This document shows, one piece after another, positions 10,415 to 19,398 of a DNA stretch of 64,000 nt (its first letter is position 1; each line of letters begins with the position of its first letter). Position numbers and translations under genes: made by a program. Under the pieces are notes generated by a model. That model did no database searches. It saw nothing but the letters and a program-made list of their open reading frames with translations, and had not been told where the DNA came from. Source of the stretch: a bacterium (GTDB lineage Bacteria; Patescibacteriota; Patescibacteriia; S139-126); assembly GCA_030666865.1 (NCBI GenBank), contig DAOUWZ010000001.1:44753-108752 (forward strand). Reading direction: 5' to 3'.

Positions 10415-11695
10415 ATGAATTTAATATTTTTTTATACTAGTTTATTATTTTTTTTAATTCTAGCCAGTATTAATACTAGACTCGGTATTTATATTATTTT
10501 AATTTTCCTGCCCACCTATCTGTTGCGTGTCCAAATTTGGCTTATCCCAACTACCTGGCTGGAACTGACAATATATTTACTTTTCTTTGCTGTGGTAGTC
10601 AAACTAATATGGCAAAAAAAATTAATCGTTAGTTTAAAACATTTATATCACAAATACTCTATTGTTTTATTATCTTTGGGTTTGTGGTTTCTGGCAGCGC
10701 TTGTTGCCACTTTTGTTTCGCCTGATTTAAAATTGTCAGCTGGAGTATTGAAAGGTTGGTGGCTTGACCCCATCATTCTTATCTTGATAATTTTATTAAA
10801 CATCAAAAACAGACAACAAATAGAAAAAACTATTTTAGCCTTGTTGTTAGGGTCTGCCTTAGTATCTTTATATGGATTAATTGAACATATTTTCGGCTTC
10901 GGCCTGCAAGCTGATGGGTTGTTAAACGCCATGTATAAACCCGCCAATTATGTAGCTATGCTTATTGTTCCTGTTACAATCATGTCACTTGGCCTTTTAT
11001 TTTATTATAAAAATAATTATAGATATAAATACTTAACGATTTTTCTAATAGCAATTTCTCTGGTAGCCTTATTTTATACCAAGTCATACGGCGGTTTTTT
11101 GGGATTTAGTTTAGGAGTCTTTACTCTTTTATTTTGGCAAGAGAATAAAAGAAAAAAAATAATTTCAATAATACTTTTTATCATTCTGGGATTATCTGGT
11201 GTCAGTATTTTATCAACTCAAGCCAAATTTAAAAATATTATCAATTTTACTGAAAGAAATTCATTGACTACCCGCTTGCAAATTTGGGAAATATCTACTG
11301 AAGTGCTAAAAAATAATTTAATCTTTGGAGTTGGACTTGGCAACTTTCAAAAACCCTACCGAAAGATGGCCTTTACCATGTATCAACCGCCTCTAGAATG
11401 GGATGTTGTCAAAGCGCACAATCTTTTTCTTAACACCCTGCTTGAAATGGGAATTATCGGTCTCTCTGTTCTTTTGTATTTACTAATTGTATTTTTATGG
11501 CAAACTAAAAAATTAATTAGACTGGTAAAAACTACTAATTATTGGTGGCTGGTGGCTGGAACTTTTGCGGCTATGATTAGTATTTTATCACACGGACTCC
11601 TTGATACACCTTTTTTTAAAAATGATCTAGCTATACTCTTCCTGGTTGTATTCATCCTGCCGTTTATTATATACAAGGATATAAAACAAAAATAA
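10415..11695 (+). CDS. O-antigen ligase (Wzy_C)-like polytopic membrane protein
   Basis: 426-aa multi-TM protein. Central large loop followed by more TM helices, as in the O-antigen ligase family. Confidence 0.45.
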   Translation: MNLIFFYTSLLFFLILASINTRLGIYIILIFLPTYLLRVQIWLIPTTWLELTIYLLFFAVVVKLIWQKKLIVSLKHLYHKYSIVLLSLGLWFLAALVATFVSPDLKLSAGVLKGWWLDPIILILIILLNIKNRQQIEKTILALLLGSALVSLYGLIEHIFGFGLQADGLLNAMYKPANYVAMLIVPVTIMSLGLLFYYKNNYRYKYLTIFLIAISLVALFYTKSYGGFLGFSLGVFTLLFWQENKRKKIISIILFIILGLSGVSILSTQAKFKNIINFTERNSLTTRLQIWEISTEVLKNNLIFGVGLGNFQKPYRKMAFTMYQPPLEWDVVKAHNLFLNTLLEMGIIGLSVLLYLLIVFLWQTKKLIRLVKTTNYWWLVAGTFAAMISILSHGLLDTPFFKNDLAILFLVVFILPFIIYKDIKQK

Positions 11696-11805
11696 AAATG
11701 ATACTAAAATTTCATTGACAGAATGGAAAAAATATGGTACTATTAGGATAGATAGGGTAGAAAAACAAAAAAATCAAGCAAAAATAAAAATAAAATGGTA
11801 AAAAA

Positions 11806-12522
11806 ATGGGTAAATTTGAATATTCTAAATATTTGGTAGCTAGTTTGCTAGTTGCTTTTTTTATTGTTCAAATAATACCCGTGACTGCAAATGAAGCCCT
11901 GCTAAATTATTTCGACAAAGCCTACCTTAACAATTCTAACAATAATATTCTACCGATTAGTGATAATGAAATTGGTATTATTGATTGGCTACCTGGTCAA
12001 GAATTTGAAATCCTGCTACAAAATCAAAAATCTGAAATTAAGAATGAAATTCCATTAAATAAAACTCCTGAATATATTCTTGAAAATTTGGAAAAGAAAA
12101 TCAAAATCCTGCAAAAACCAAATACCATAGAAGCTGCTAAGACAATTCAAGCCAGCGTGACTGAACACAATTTGCCTATTGCCGTTCTAAATGTTTGGAG
12201 ACCTCATACTGTTATCAAAATAAAAAATGAAACTAAAGAAACGTGGCTACAGAAAAACACCAAGCTGGTCAGTGAAAATTTTTCTGGAAATTTAAGCTTT
12301 TTTAGGGATCCAACATGGCTATCAAAAAAAATAATAACCACAATGGATGAAAAAAAAGTTTTACCAGGAAAAATCGCTACCTTTGAATTCATAATTGATG
12401 GTAGAGGCCAATCAATGGTTTATGGACATGTTTATAAACTTAAAATCAACGATAAATTAATTCACCTTGATGCCAAAGGAGCGCTTTATTGGCTGACTAG
12501 AGTTGACCCATACAGCAACTAA
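11806..12522 (+). CDS. Hypothetical secreted protein
   Basis: N-terminal signal/TM segment (LVASLLVAFFIVQIIPVTA); 238 aa. Confidence 0.45.
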   Translation: MGKFEYSKYLVASLLVAFFIVQIIPVTANEALLNYFDKAYLNNSNNNILPISDNEIGIIDWLPGQEFEILLQNQKSEIKNEIPLNKTPEYILENLEKKIKILQKPNTIEAAKTIQASVTEHNLPIAVLNVWRPHTVIKIKNETKETWLQKNTKLVSENFSGNLSFFRDPTWLSKKIITTMDEKKVLPGKIATFEFIIDGRGQSMVYGHVYKLKINDKLIHLDAKGALYWLTRVDPYSN

Positions 12523-12603
12523 CCTGTCTATGCTTATTCATTTATATGGACAAACATAGCCAGATTAGGCTACACAACCAAATATCTGGCATGGGGAAAA
12601 AAG

Positions 12604-12635
12604 AAAACCGCCTGGACTCATAAAGGGCGGTTTTC
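12604..12635 (+). terminator. Rho-independent terminator
   Basis: AAAACCGCC-loop-GGCGGTTTT hairpin followed by T-rich sequence, downstream of ORF 11806..12522. Confidence 0.55.
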
Positions 12636-12661
12636 TAATTATCTAATAAGTCTTTATCAAT

Positions 12662-12697
12662 ATAAGTCCGATACCGCGTACGCGGTATCGGACTTAT
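12662..12697. repeat. Perfect 34-36 nt GC-rich palindrome (ATAAGTCCGA...TCGGACTTAT family)
   Basis: ATAAGTCCGATACCGCGTACGCGGTATCGGACTTAT. The same terminal 10-mers bound a second palindrome at 22919..22956. Confidence 0.6.
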
Positions 12698-12780
12698 ACT
12701 TAATCTCCTTCTCAAGTTAAAACCAAAATTTCCTGATAATAAATTATCCCCGTAGCAAGCTAACAAAAAATTCTTTAAAT

Positions 12781-12812
12781 TAAAAAACTTCGCGCTAGCG
12801 AAATTTTTGTGA
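12781..12812 (-). terminator. Terminator downstream of nrdG
   Basis: Imperfect 9-bp hairpin AAACTTCGC-GCTA-GCGAAATTT, followed by a T-run on the minus strand. Confidence 0.45.
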
Positions 12813-12827
12813 CTAAACAGATTCTAA

Positions 12828-13517
12828 TTATCTAACATTACAATTTTTTACAAAAATTTTTAATTCTTGAGACAATTCTCGAAGCTCTTCATCCGAATAT
12901 GAAACCTCTCCCATAAGACTTGGGTCACATACTTTTGTTGGAATAAATCTTTGCAAATAATAATTTTCTGCGCCTTTGATTGTTTGTGCAATTTTTCTCA
13001 AATCGTCTTTACTAGTAAGAGATTTCACAATTGTCGTTCTGAATTCATACTCAATACTGGATTTCATTATTAAATTAATGCTTGTTTTTAGCTTATTGAT
13101 CAACACTGAACATCCCACAAACTTTGAATAATTTTCTAGTGGCGCTTTGACATCCATGGCAAGGTAATCAATCAATTTTTTATCAATCAATTTTTTCAGC
13201 ATCTCCGGTTTACTTCCATTACTGTCCAATTTTACCAAAAATCCCATTTCTTTTATCTCCCTAATCACTTTTGGTAAGTCTGGATGCAGAGTCGGCTCTC
13301 CTCCGGTAATACTTACGGCATCTAGCTTGTTTTGCCGAATTTTTAAAAAACTATAAATTTCTGCCAGCGGAATTTTTGACGCATATTTTTCAGGTATAAC
13401 CAATTCTGGATTATGACAATAAGAACAGCGAAAATTACAACCTATGGTAAAAATTATGGCGGAGGTTTTTCCCGGATAATCAATCAAAGAAAACTTTTGT
13501 AAACCACCAATAATCAT
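12828..13517 (-). CDS. nrdG: Anaerobic ribonucleoside-triphosphate reductase activating protein (radical SAM)
   Basis: CNFRCSYCHN radical-SAM cluster motif. Overlaps nrdD stop by 4 nt. Confidence 0.8.
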   Translation of the reverse strand: MIIGGLQKFSLIDYPGKTSAIIFTIGCNFRCSYCHNPELVIPEKYASKIPLAEIYSFLKIRQNKLDAVSITGGEPTLHPDLPKVIREIKEMGFLVKLDSNGSKPEMLKKLIDKKLIDYLAMDVKAPLENYSKFVGCSVLINKLKTSINLIMKSSIEYEFRTTIVKSLTSKDDLRKIAQTIKGAENYYLQRFIPTKVCDPSLMGEVSYSDEELRELSQELKIFVKNCNVR

Positions 13518-15610
13518 ATCTCTAATTTATACGTTTTCCGTATATCAAATTCAGCTTTTTTACCATCGTTCCATTGTTTTACAGGGCGCAAATAACCGAC
13601 AATTCTTGAATAAATTTCACACGAACTCTGACACTTAGGGCAAACTGGAACATCACCAGAAATATATCCATGAATTGGGCAGACACTGAATGTTGGGGTT
13701 AAGGTAAAATAAGGCAAACGATAATCTTTACATATTTTTTTCACCAAATTTTTGACACTCGTTCCATCTTCAATTTTTTCACCAAGAAAAAAATGTAAAA
13801 CAGTGCCACCGGTATATTTTGTCTGCAAGTCGTCCTGTAATTCTAAAACTTCAAAAATATCATCAGTAAAATTAACCGGCAAATGTGATGAATTGGTATA
13901 AAACGGACTTTTAACATTTTTCCCTTTTCCATTGGCAAAAATCGCATTCCCGCATTCCTTTTGATCAAGTAATGCCAACCTATATGACGTTCCCTCAGCA
14001 GGCGTTGCTTCAAGATTATAATTATTTCCAGTATCTTCCTGAAAAATAAGGAGTATTTTACGCATATATTCAAGTACTTCTTCTGCAAATTTTTTACCTT
14101 TGACTGTCGCTATTGTCCCACCATAAAAATTTTGTATTGCCTCATTCATTCCTACAATGCCAATAGTAGAAAAATGATTTTTCCAAAAACTACCATGACG
14201 GGATTTAATATTTCTTAAATAAAACTCTGTGTATGGATATAAACCACTTTCAGTAAACCGTTCCAGCACTTTTCTTTTCGTTTCCAGACTGTCTTTAGCA
14301 ATAATTAATAATTCCTTTAGATTATCAAAAAATTCTTTCTTGTTTTTCGCATTAAATCCAAGACGAGGCAAATTGATAGTTACCACTCCAATTGAACCTG
14401 TCAACGGATTTGCGCCGAATAAACCGCCACCACGTCTTTCCAACTGTCTGTTATCAATCCTTAACCGACAACACATTGAACGAGCATCATCAGGATTCAT
14501 ATCAGAATTGATAAAATTGGAAAAATAGGGCAAGCCATATTTACCAGTTGCCTGCCATAACAATTTACTGGAATCACTATCCCAATTAAAATCTTTTGTG
14601 ATATTATATGTAGGAATTGGAAAGGTAAAAACACGACCGCTTGAATCACCTTCTGCCATTACTTCCAGAAATGCCTTGTTGAACATATCCATTTCTCTTT
14701 TAAATTCTTTGTATGTTTCTTTTTGTGGCTTGCCTCCAATAATAACTGATTGTTTTTTGTAATAGCTAGGCACAGTTAAATCTAATGTGATATTTGTAAA
14801 CGGCGTCTGGAAACCTACGCGAGTAGGAACATTGATATTGAAAATAAATTCTTGAAGCGCTTGTTTAACTTCTTTATATGATAAATTGTCATACCTTATA
14901 AACGGTGCAAGTAGTGTATCAACATTACTAAATGCCTGAGCGCCAGCCGCCTCGCCCTGCAGAGTGTAAAAAAAATTAACAACCTGTCCAAGAGCCGACC
15001 GAAAATGCTTCGGCGGTTTGCTTGATATTTTTCCTTCAACTCCAGTAAACCCTTCGACTAACAAATCAAAAAGATCCCAACCAACACAATAAACTGAAAG
15101 AAGATTCAAATCATGAATATGAAAATCTCCGTCTGTATGAGCATCTCTAATATTTTTGGGATAAATTTTGTTTAACCAGTAATTTTTGCTTATTTCGCTA
15201 GAAACATAATTATTCAAGCCCTGCAGTGAATAAGACATATTGCTATTTTCTTTAACCTGCCAGTCGGTTTTATACAGATATTGCTCAACCAAACCATTAT
15301 TGACAGAATTGGTAATATTTCTTAACTGATTATGCTGATCTCGGTATAAAATATAAACCTTGGCGGTTTTTTTGAATTTTGAACGCAATAAAACATCTTC
15401 AACAATATCTTGAATTTGTTCAACTTGAATTATTGACTCTTTAACATTCTTTTTAGCGTAAGCTATGACTTTTTGCGTCAGTTTTTGCGCCTCTTTGTTG
15501 TCAAATTCGCCAGTAACTTGACCCGCCTTAGTAATCGCCATAGCTATTTTCTTTTTATCAAAAGAAACTACTTTACCGTTTCGTTTTTTTATTTGTTTGT
15601 GCATAATCAT
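13514..15610 (-). CDS. nrdD: Anaerobic (class III) ribonucleoside-triphosphate reductase
   Basis: N-terminal ATP cone (KRNGKVVSFDKKKI); C-terminal glycyl-radical motif SRIVGYLRP; Zn ribbon CPIHG...CPKC. Confidence 0.9.
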   Translation of the reverse strand: MIMHKQIKKRNGKVVSFDKKKIAMAITKAGQVTGEFDNKEAQKLTQKVIAYAKKNVKESIIQVEQIQDIVEDVLLRSKFKKTAKVYILYRDQHNQLRNITNSVNNGLVEQYLYKTDWQVKENSNMSYSLQGLNNYVSSEISKNYWLNKIYPKNIRDAHTDGDFHIHDLNLLSVYCVGWDLFDLLVEGFTGVEGKISSKPPKHFRSALGQVVNFFYTLQGEAAGAQAFSNVDTLLAPFIRYDNLSYKEVKQALQEFIFNINVPTRVGFQTPFTNITLDLTVPSYYKKQSVIIGGKPQKETYKEFKREMDMFNKAFLEVMAEGDSSGRVFTFPIPTYNITKDFNWDSDSSKLLWQATGKYGLPYFSNFINSDMNPDDARSMCCRLRIDNRQLERRGGGLFGANPLTGSIGVVTINLPRLGFNAKNKKEFFDNLKELLIIAKDSLETKRKVLERFTESGLYPYTEFYLRNIKSRHGSFWKNHFSTIGIVGMNEAIQNFYGGTIATVKGKKFAEEVLEYMRKILLIFQEDTGNNYNLEATPAEGTSYRLALLDQKECGNAIFANGKGKNVKSPFYTNSSHLPVNFTDDIFEVLELQDDLQTKYTGGTVLHFFLGEKIEDGTSVKNLVKKICKDYRLPYFTLTPTFSVCPIHGYISGDVPVCPKCQSSCEIYSRIVGYLRPVKQWNDGKKAEFDIRKTYKLEI

Positions 15611-15703
15611 TATTTTTTAGTGAATAAAAAATTTTTATTGGGCATCAAAAATATAATCCTAAAATATTATATTTTAATACATGTCTTGTATTAAAGTTTC
15701 TGT

Positions 15704-15736
15704 AAAAATAAAAAATCACTTGGCTCAAACCAAGTG
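15704..15736 (-). terminator. Intrinsic terminator between putative riboswitch aptamer and nrdD start (expression-platform candidate)
   Basis: On the minus strand, CACTTGG-TTTGAG-CCAAGTG hairpin (15717..15736) followed by ATTTTTTATTTTT. Confidence 0.5.
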
Positions 15737-15759
15737 TTTATAAGAATACGAAACAATAT

Positions 15760-15890
15760 ATCAATACTCTAAGTAGGCTTGACGCGAGCCAAAAATGGTC
15801 CTCCTTTATGGAGTATAATATGCGAGATCGGACTATTACCGTAGCGCGACTGTGCCGGAATTTCACCGGACTTCACCGCATAACCATTAA
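15760..15890 (-). promoter_or_regulatory. Putative cobalamin (B12) riboswitch aptamer in nrdDG leader
   Basis: GC-rich island on the minus strand: GCGGTGAAGTCCGGTGAAATTCCGGCACAGTCGCGCTACGGTAATAG. This resembles the cobalamin riboswitch core GGTGAAAATCC...CCCGC.ACTGTAA, and the E. coli btuB CAGTGCGAATCTGGAGCTGACGCGCAGCGGTAAGG. Confidence 0.4.
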
Positions 15891-16060
15891 TGAAATTAAA
15901 TTATGTAAATGAGTGTTTGTATTATAACATAATTTGTGAAACTCTAATTTTGGAAGATGTTAATAACTTAATAAAATTATTTAATTTTAACTAAAATGCT
16001 AAATAAAAAATAACTAAATACAAAAAACGCCTAACCCTTGTTTTATTACTATTATTTCTA

Positions 16061-16417
16061 CTAAATATCAACAAACGGCTCCTGATTAACTTTTTTGCTA
16101 ATCAAACAAGACTCCTCTACCCAATGTTTTATTTCTTCTTTATTTTCCAATACAGAAAGCGGCAATTCCCAATAAGACAACGATACTTTTTTATTTTTTC
16201 TATAATAAACAAACGGTTGAGAATGGTGTTTTTCATATTTAGCTTGATTGGTTTCGTCAACTTTAAAATAAATATTGTTATTAGAAACAATAGCAAATAT
16301 TATTCCGTCTTTATAAATACCATAACTGCTAAACATCGGCCGATAGCTTATATCATCAATTCCTAATAAAACATCGTAAACAATATATTCAAGAAAATTT
16401 GTGTCTAGTTTTGTCAT
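16061..16417 (-). CDS. TfoX N-terminal domain protein
   Basis: YRPMFSSYGIYKDGIIFAIVSNNNIYFKVD matches the TfoX_N pattern (R.MFGGYG.Y.DG..FA.....LY.K.D). Confidence 0.5.
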   Translation of the reverse strand: MTKLDTNFLEYIVYDVLLGIDDISYRPMFSSYGIYKDGIIFAIVSNNNIYFKVDETNQAKYEKHHSQPFVYYRKNKKVSLSYWELPLSVLENKEEIKHWVEESCLISKKVNQEPFVDI

Positions 16418-16447
16418 TTTAATTAAGTAAACCTATTTATTATTAAA

Positions 16448-16537
16448 TGGCGGTGGGACTGGGATTCGAACCCAGGAAGAGCGTAAACCCTTACCGCATT
16501 TCGAGTGCGGCGCTTTCGACCACTCAGCCATCCCACC
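16448..16537 (-). tRNA. tRNA-Ser (anticodon CGA), CCA encoded
   Basis: GGTGGGATGGCTGAGTGGTCGAAAGCGCCGCACTCGAAATGCGGTAAGGGTTTACGCTCTTCCTGGGTTCGAATCCCAGTCCCACCGCCA. Cloverleaf with long variable arm; anticodon loop CTCGAAA. Confidence 0.85.
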
Positions 16538-16544
16538 ACAATAC

Positions 16545-16802
16545 TTATTTTATTTTTAGCTTTTCAATAATATCGCGATATTGCTGATTTAACAATCGTC
16601 TTCCTTTATTTGATTTCAAAAATTTTTCTCTTCTTTGGGCATCGCTCTTTAAAGCATATGCTTCGTAACCAATTAAAACAATTGGTCTATAATTTCTAGT
16701 AGATGCAACCTTACCTGACTTATGCTCATACAACCTTCTTTTTAAATCATTACAACTTCCTTTATAAATATCCTGGTTGGATAATTGGATTCGCCGGGTC
16801 AT
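16545..16802 (-). CDS. Small GIY-YIG nuclease-domain protein
   Basis: IYKGSCNDLKRRLYEHKSGK...IGYEAY...AQRREKFLKSNKGRR carries the GIY-YIG / R / E / N motifs. The stop lies 7 nt before the tRNA-Ser 5' end. Start is ATG at 16800..16802; the track ORF uses a TTG at 16860..16862. Confidence 0.6.
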   Translation of the reverse strand: MTRRIQLSNQDIYKGSCNDLKRRLYEHKSGKVASTRNYRPIVLIGYEAYALKSDAQRREKFLKSNKGRRLLNQQYRDIIEKLKIK

Positions 16803-16905
16803 CCGACCCGGCGCCCCGTCGTATGACTGGGGCGAACCCACGGTACGGTATAATCCGCACAACTGATTTCGAGTCAGTCCCGTTAAACCACTCCGGCACC
16901 CTTCC
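16790..16905 (-). ncRNA. tRNA-Ser-like 5' module (acceptor 5' strand + D arm + anticodon arm CGA) fused to non-tRNA GC-rich hairpins; GIY-YIG leader
   Basis: GGAAGGGTGCCGGAGTGGTTTAACGGGACTGACTCGAAATCAGT closely parallels E. coli tRNA-Ser GGAAGTGTGGCCGAGCGGTTGAAGGCACCGGTCTTGAAAACCGG. It is followed by GCCGGGTC-GGAT-GACCCGGC, which encloses the GIY-YIG ATG, and a CGCCCC/GGGGCG stem. There is no T arm or 3' acceptor strand. Confidence 0.45.
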
Positions 16906-17017
16906 TTAATATTAAATTATAAAAATTAATTTATATACTACATACTATCTCCTATATACTAATTTAGCAATTATGCCTAATTTTTGTTATAATATAAATA
17001 ATTAAATAACAAAAATA

Positions 17018-17893
17018 ATGAAACAAACAGTAACTAAAGCTATTGTCACTGTAGCTGGAACTGGAACTAGATTTATTCCGGCTACTAAAAACATCCCAAA
17101 AGAAATGCTACCAATTGTTGATAAACCAATTGTCCAGTATGATGTGGAAGAACTGGTAGCTTCTGGTATTAAAGATATAGTTTTGGTTACCAAACAAGGT
17201 GGCGGAGCTATTGAAAACCATTTTGACACAAATCCAGAATTGGAAGAACAATTAAAAAAGACTAATAAAAAAGAATATTTAAAAATAGTACAAAAAATTC
17301 CCCGCCTGGCCAATTTTATTTACATGCGCCAAAAATCATTTATGCCTTATGGGAATGCCACTCCCCTGCGCTTGGCAAAAAATATTGTGGCAGATGGTCC
17401 GTTTCTTTATCTTTTTGGTGATGACCTTACTTTATCAAAAGTGCCGGTCTGTAAACAATTAATTGATTTATATAAAAAAAATCCTGATGTCTGCGCAATT
17501 ATCGCCGCACAAAAAATTCCCCGAAAATATGCTTACCGCTATGGCATGATTAAACTAAAACCAGGTACCAAAAATGTGTATGATAGTATTGTTGAAAAAC
17601 CAAAACTAGGAAAAGAACCATCCAATTTAGCTGGTTTTGGCAGATATCTATTTACCCCAAAAATTATTCCTATAATTGAAAAACTAAAAACAGGCAAAAA
17701 TAATGAACTATGGTTAGTTGATGCAATCAACGAACTAGCTAAAATTGAAAAGGTTTTAGTTCATGAAATTGAAGGTAAATGGATTACTACTGGCGATCCT
17801 TTGAATTATCTCAAAGCTTCAGTAGAGTTTGCTCTTGCCAGAAATGATCTAAAGAAAGATTTTAAACAATATTTAAAAACAGTCGTAAAATAA
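17018..17893 (+). CDS. galU: UTP--glucose-1-phosphate uridylyltransferase
   Basis: TKAIVTVAGTGTRFIPATKNIPKEMLPIVDKPIVQYDVEE is the GalU signature. Confidence 0.85.
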   Translation: MKQTVTKAIVTVAGTGTRFIPATKNIPKEMLPIVDKPIVQYDVEELVASGIKDIVLVTKQGGGAIENHFDTNPELEEQLKKTNKKEYLKIVQKIPRLANFIYMRQKSFMPYGNATPLRLAKNIVADGPFLYLFGDDLTLSKVPVCKQLIDLYKKNPDVCAIIAAQKIPRKYAYRYGMIKLKPGTKNVYDSIVEKPKLGKEPSNLAGFGRYLFTPKIIPIIEKLKTGKNNELWLVDAINELAKIEKVLVHEIEGKWITTGDPLNYLKASVEFALARNDLKKDFKQYLKTVVK

Positions 17894-17903
17894 TTTAATA
17901 AAT

Positions 17904-19307
17904 ATGAAAAAAAAGCATATTACTAAACTTTTTCTCTTATTAATCCTGATTAGTCTTCCCATTTTGGGTTTTGGCTGCAAAGGCGGTGATAAAGCCGCCC
18001 AAAAAGCTGCTCAACCAGTTACCATAAAATTCTGGGGTGTTTGGGATGAAGAAGATTATTGGAAAGAAATTTTTAGTGATTATAAACAATCACATCCAAA
18101 TGTAAAATTTGAATATCGTAAATTAAGAATTGAAGAATACGAACGCGCCTTGCTAGAAGCCTGGGCTGAAGACAGAGGACCTGATATTTTTATGCTCCAT
18201 AATACTTGGATTCGCGGTTATCAAAACAAGCTGGAACCCCTACCAACAAAAATAACCTTACCAGCCAAAGAAGTACAAGGTTCTATAAAAAAAGAAATAG
18301 TTTGGGTAATGAAAGAATTTCCAACTATCACCACCGCTCAAGTAGAAGAAAAATTTGTTGACATCGTAGCCGAAGATATTATCGTTGACAATCAAATCTA
18401 TGCCCTGCCAATGTCTATTGATACTTTAGTACTATATTATAATTCCAATATATTTAATGACGCAGGAATTGCCACTTATCCTGGCACTTGGATTGATTTC
18501 AAAAACGCAGTTAAAGCCATTACCAAGCTAAACGAAGATAATAAAATCCTAAGAAGCGCTGTAGCGATGGGAAGATCTGATAATGTTGATCGTTCAGTTG
18601 ATTTACTATCAGTTTTGATGATGCAAAACGGAGCCCAAATGATTGACGCCAGCGGTCGACCAACTTTCAATATAACTCCCCATGAAGGATCCAAGGATTA
18701 TAATCCAGGCTCTCAAGCTTTGATATTTTATACAGACTTTGCCAATCCAATTAAAGAAGTTTACACTTGGAATGAGGGTTTCTCTTCTTCTCTAGAAGCT
18801 TTTGCTCAAGGACAAACAGCTATGATGTTTGGCTATTCATACCATGAACCACTAATCAAAGCCCGGGGTCCTAAAATAAATTTCAAAATAGCCCCGCTGC
18901 CACAAATTGACCCGTTGTCAAAAAAATATAATTTTGCCAATTACTGGACTATGGGCATTTCCAAAAAAGGAGAAGTAAAAAGAAAAGACACAGCCTGGGA
19001 TTTCCTGTTGTTCGCCACTACCAAGTCAAAAGAAGTTGAAAAATATCTGAAAAAATCAAACAAAGCTCCAGCGCTTAGAGAACTAATTGAAAAAGAAATA
19101 AAAGAACCATTACCCTCGCCTTTTGCCACTCAAGTTTTAACTGCTAAAAGCTGGTATCGTGGATATAATTCTAATGCAACAGAAGAGATTATGAAACGAC
19201 TAATAAGTAATATTAATAAAGGTAATTTTTCCAATATCCAAAGTCTGCTTAACAACGCGGTTGACCAAATCAAACAAACTTATATAAAACCATCTTATGC
19301 GCAATAA
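17904..19307 (+). CDS. Extracellular solute-binding lipoprotein (ABC sugar-transporter SBP family 1-like)
   Basis: Lipobox LGFGC; 467 aa; SBP-like two-lobe composition. No permease or ATPase genes adjacent. Confidence 0.5.
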   Translation: MKKKHITKLFLLLILISLPILGFGCKGGDKAAQKAAQPVTIKFWGVWDEEDYWKEIFSDYKQSHPNVKFEYRKLRIEEYERALLEAWAEDRGPDIFMLHNTWIRGYQNKLEPLPTKITLPAKEVQGSIKKEIVWVMKEFPTITTAQVEEKFVDIVAEDIIVDNQIYALPMSIDTLVLYYNSNIFNDAGIATYPGTWIDFKNAVKAITKLNEDNKILRSAVAMGRSDNVDRSVDLLSVLMMQNGAQMIDASGRPTFNITPHEGSKDYNPGSQALIFYTDFANPIKEVYTWNEGFSSSLEAFAQGQTAMMFGYSYHEPLIKARGPKINFKIAPLPQIDPLSKKYNFANYWTMGISKKGEVKRKDTAWDFLLFATTKSKEVEKYLKKSNKAPALRELIEKEIKEPLPSPFATQVLTAKSWYRGYNSNATEEIMKRLISNINKGNFSNIQSLLNNAVDQIKQTYIKPSYAQ

Positions 19308-19323
19308 AATTATACAAATTTAT

Positions 19324-19341
19324 CCCCCCGACAAGGGGGGC
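19324..19341 (+). terminator. GC hairpin terminator after the SBP gene
   Basis: CCCCCC-GACAA-GGGGGG, followed by CTAAAAGAGTTTT. Confidence 0.4.
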
Positions 19342-19398
19342 TAAAAGAGTTTTACTAAAAAATCTTATCTTAAAACATTAAAGCAACAAGAGACAAAC

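Noticed and set aside
13843-15694. ORFs 13843..14088(-), 14229..14528(+), 15473..15694(+) overlapping nrdD and its leader
   Set aside because: Embedded in, or antisense to, nrdD. The 15473..15694 ORF runs through the putative riboswitch/terminator region and has no RBS.
16790-16905. Calling the element a second complete tRNA-Ser(CGA) gene
   Set aside because: It lacks a T arm and a 3' acceptor strand complementary to GGAAGGG, so only the 5' two-thirds is tRNA-like.
16703-16909. Plus-strand ORF across the tRNA-like element, and the TTG-extended version of the GIY-YIG ORF (to 16862)
   Set aside because: The GIY-YIG domain alignment begins at the ATG at 16802. The upstream extension translates the GC-rich structured RNA and is most likely non-coding.
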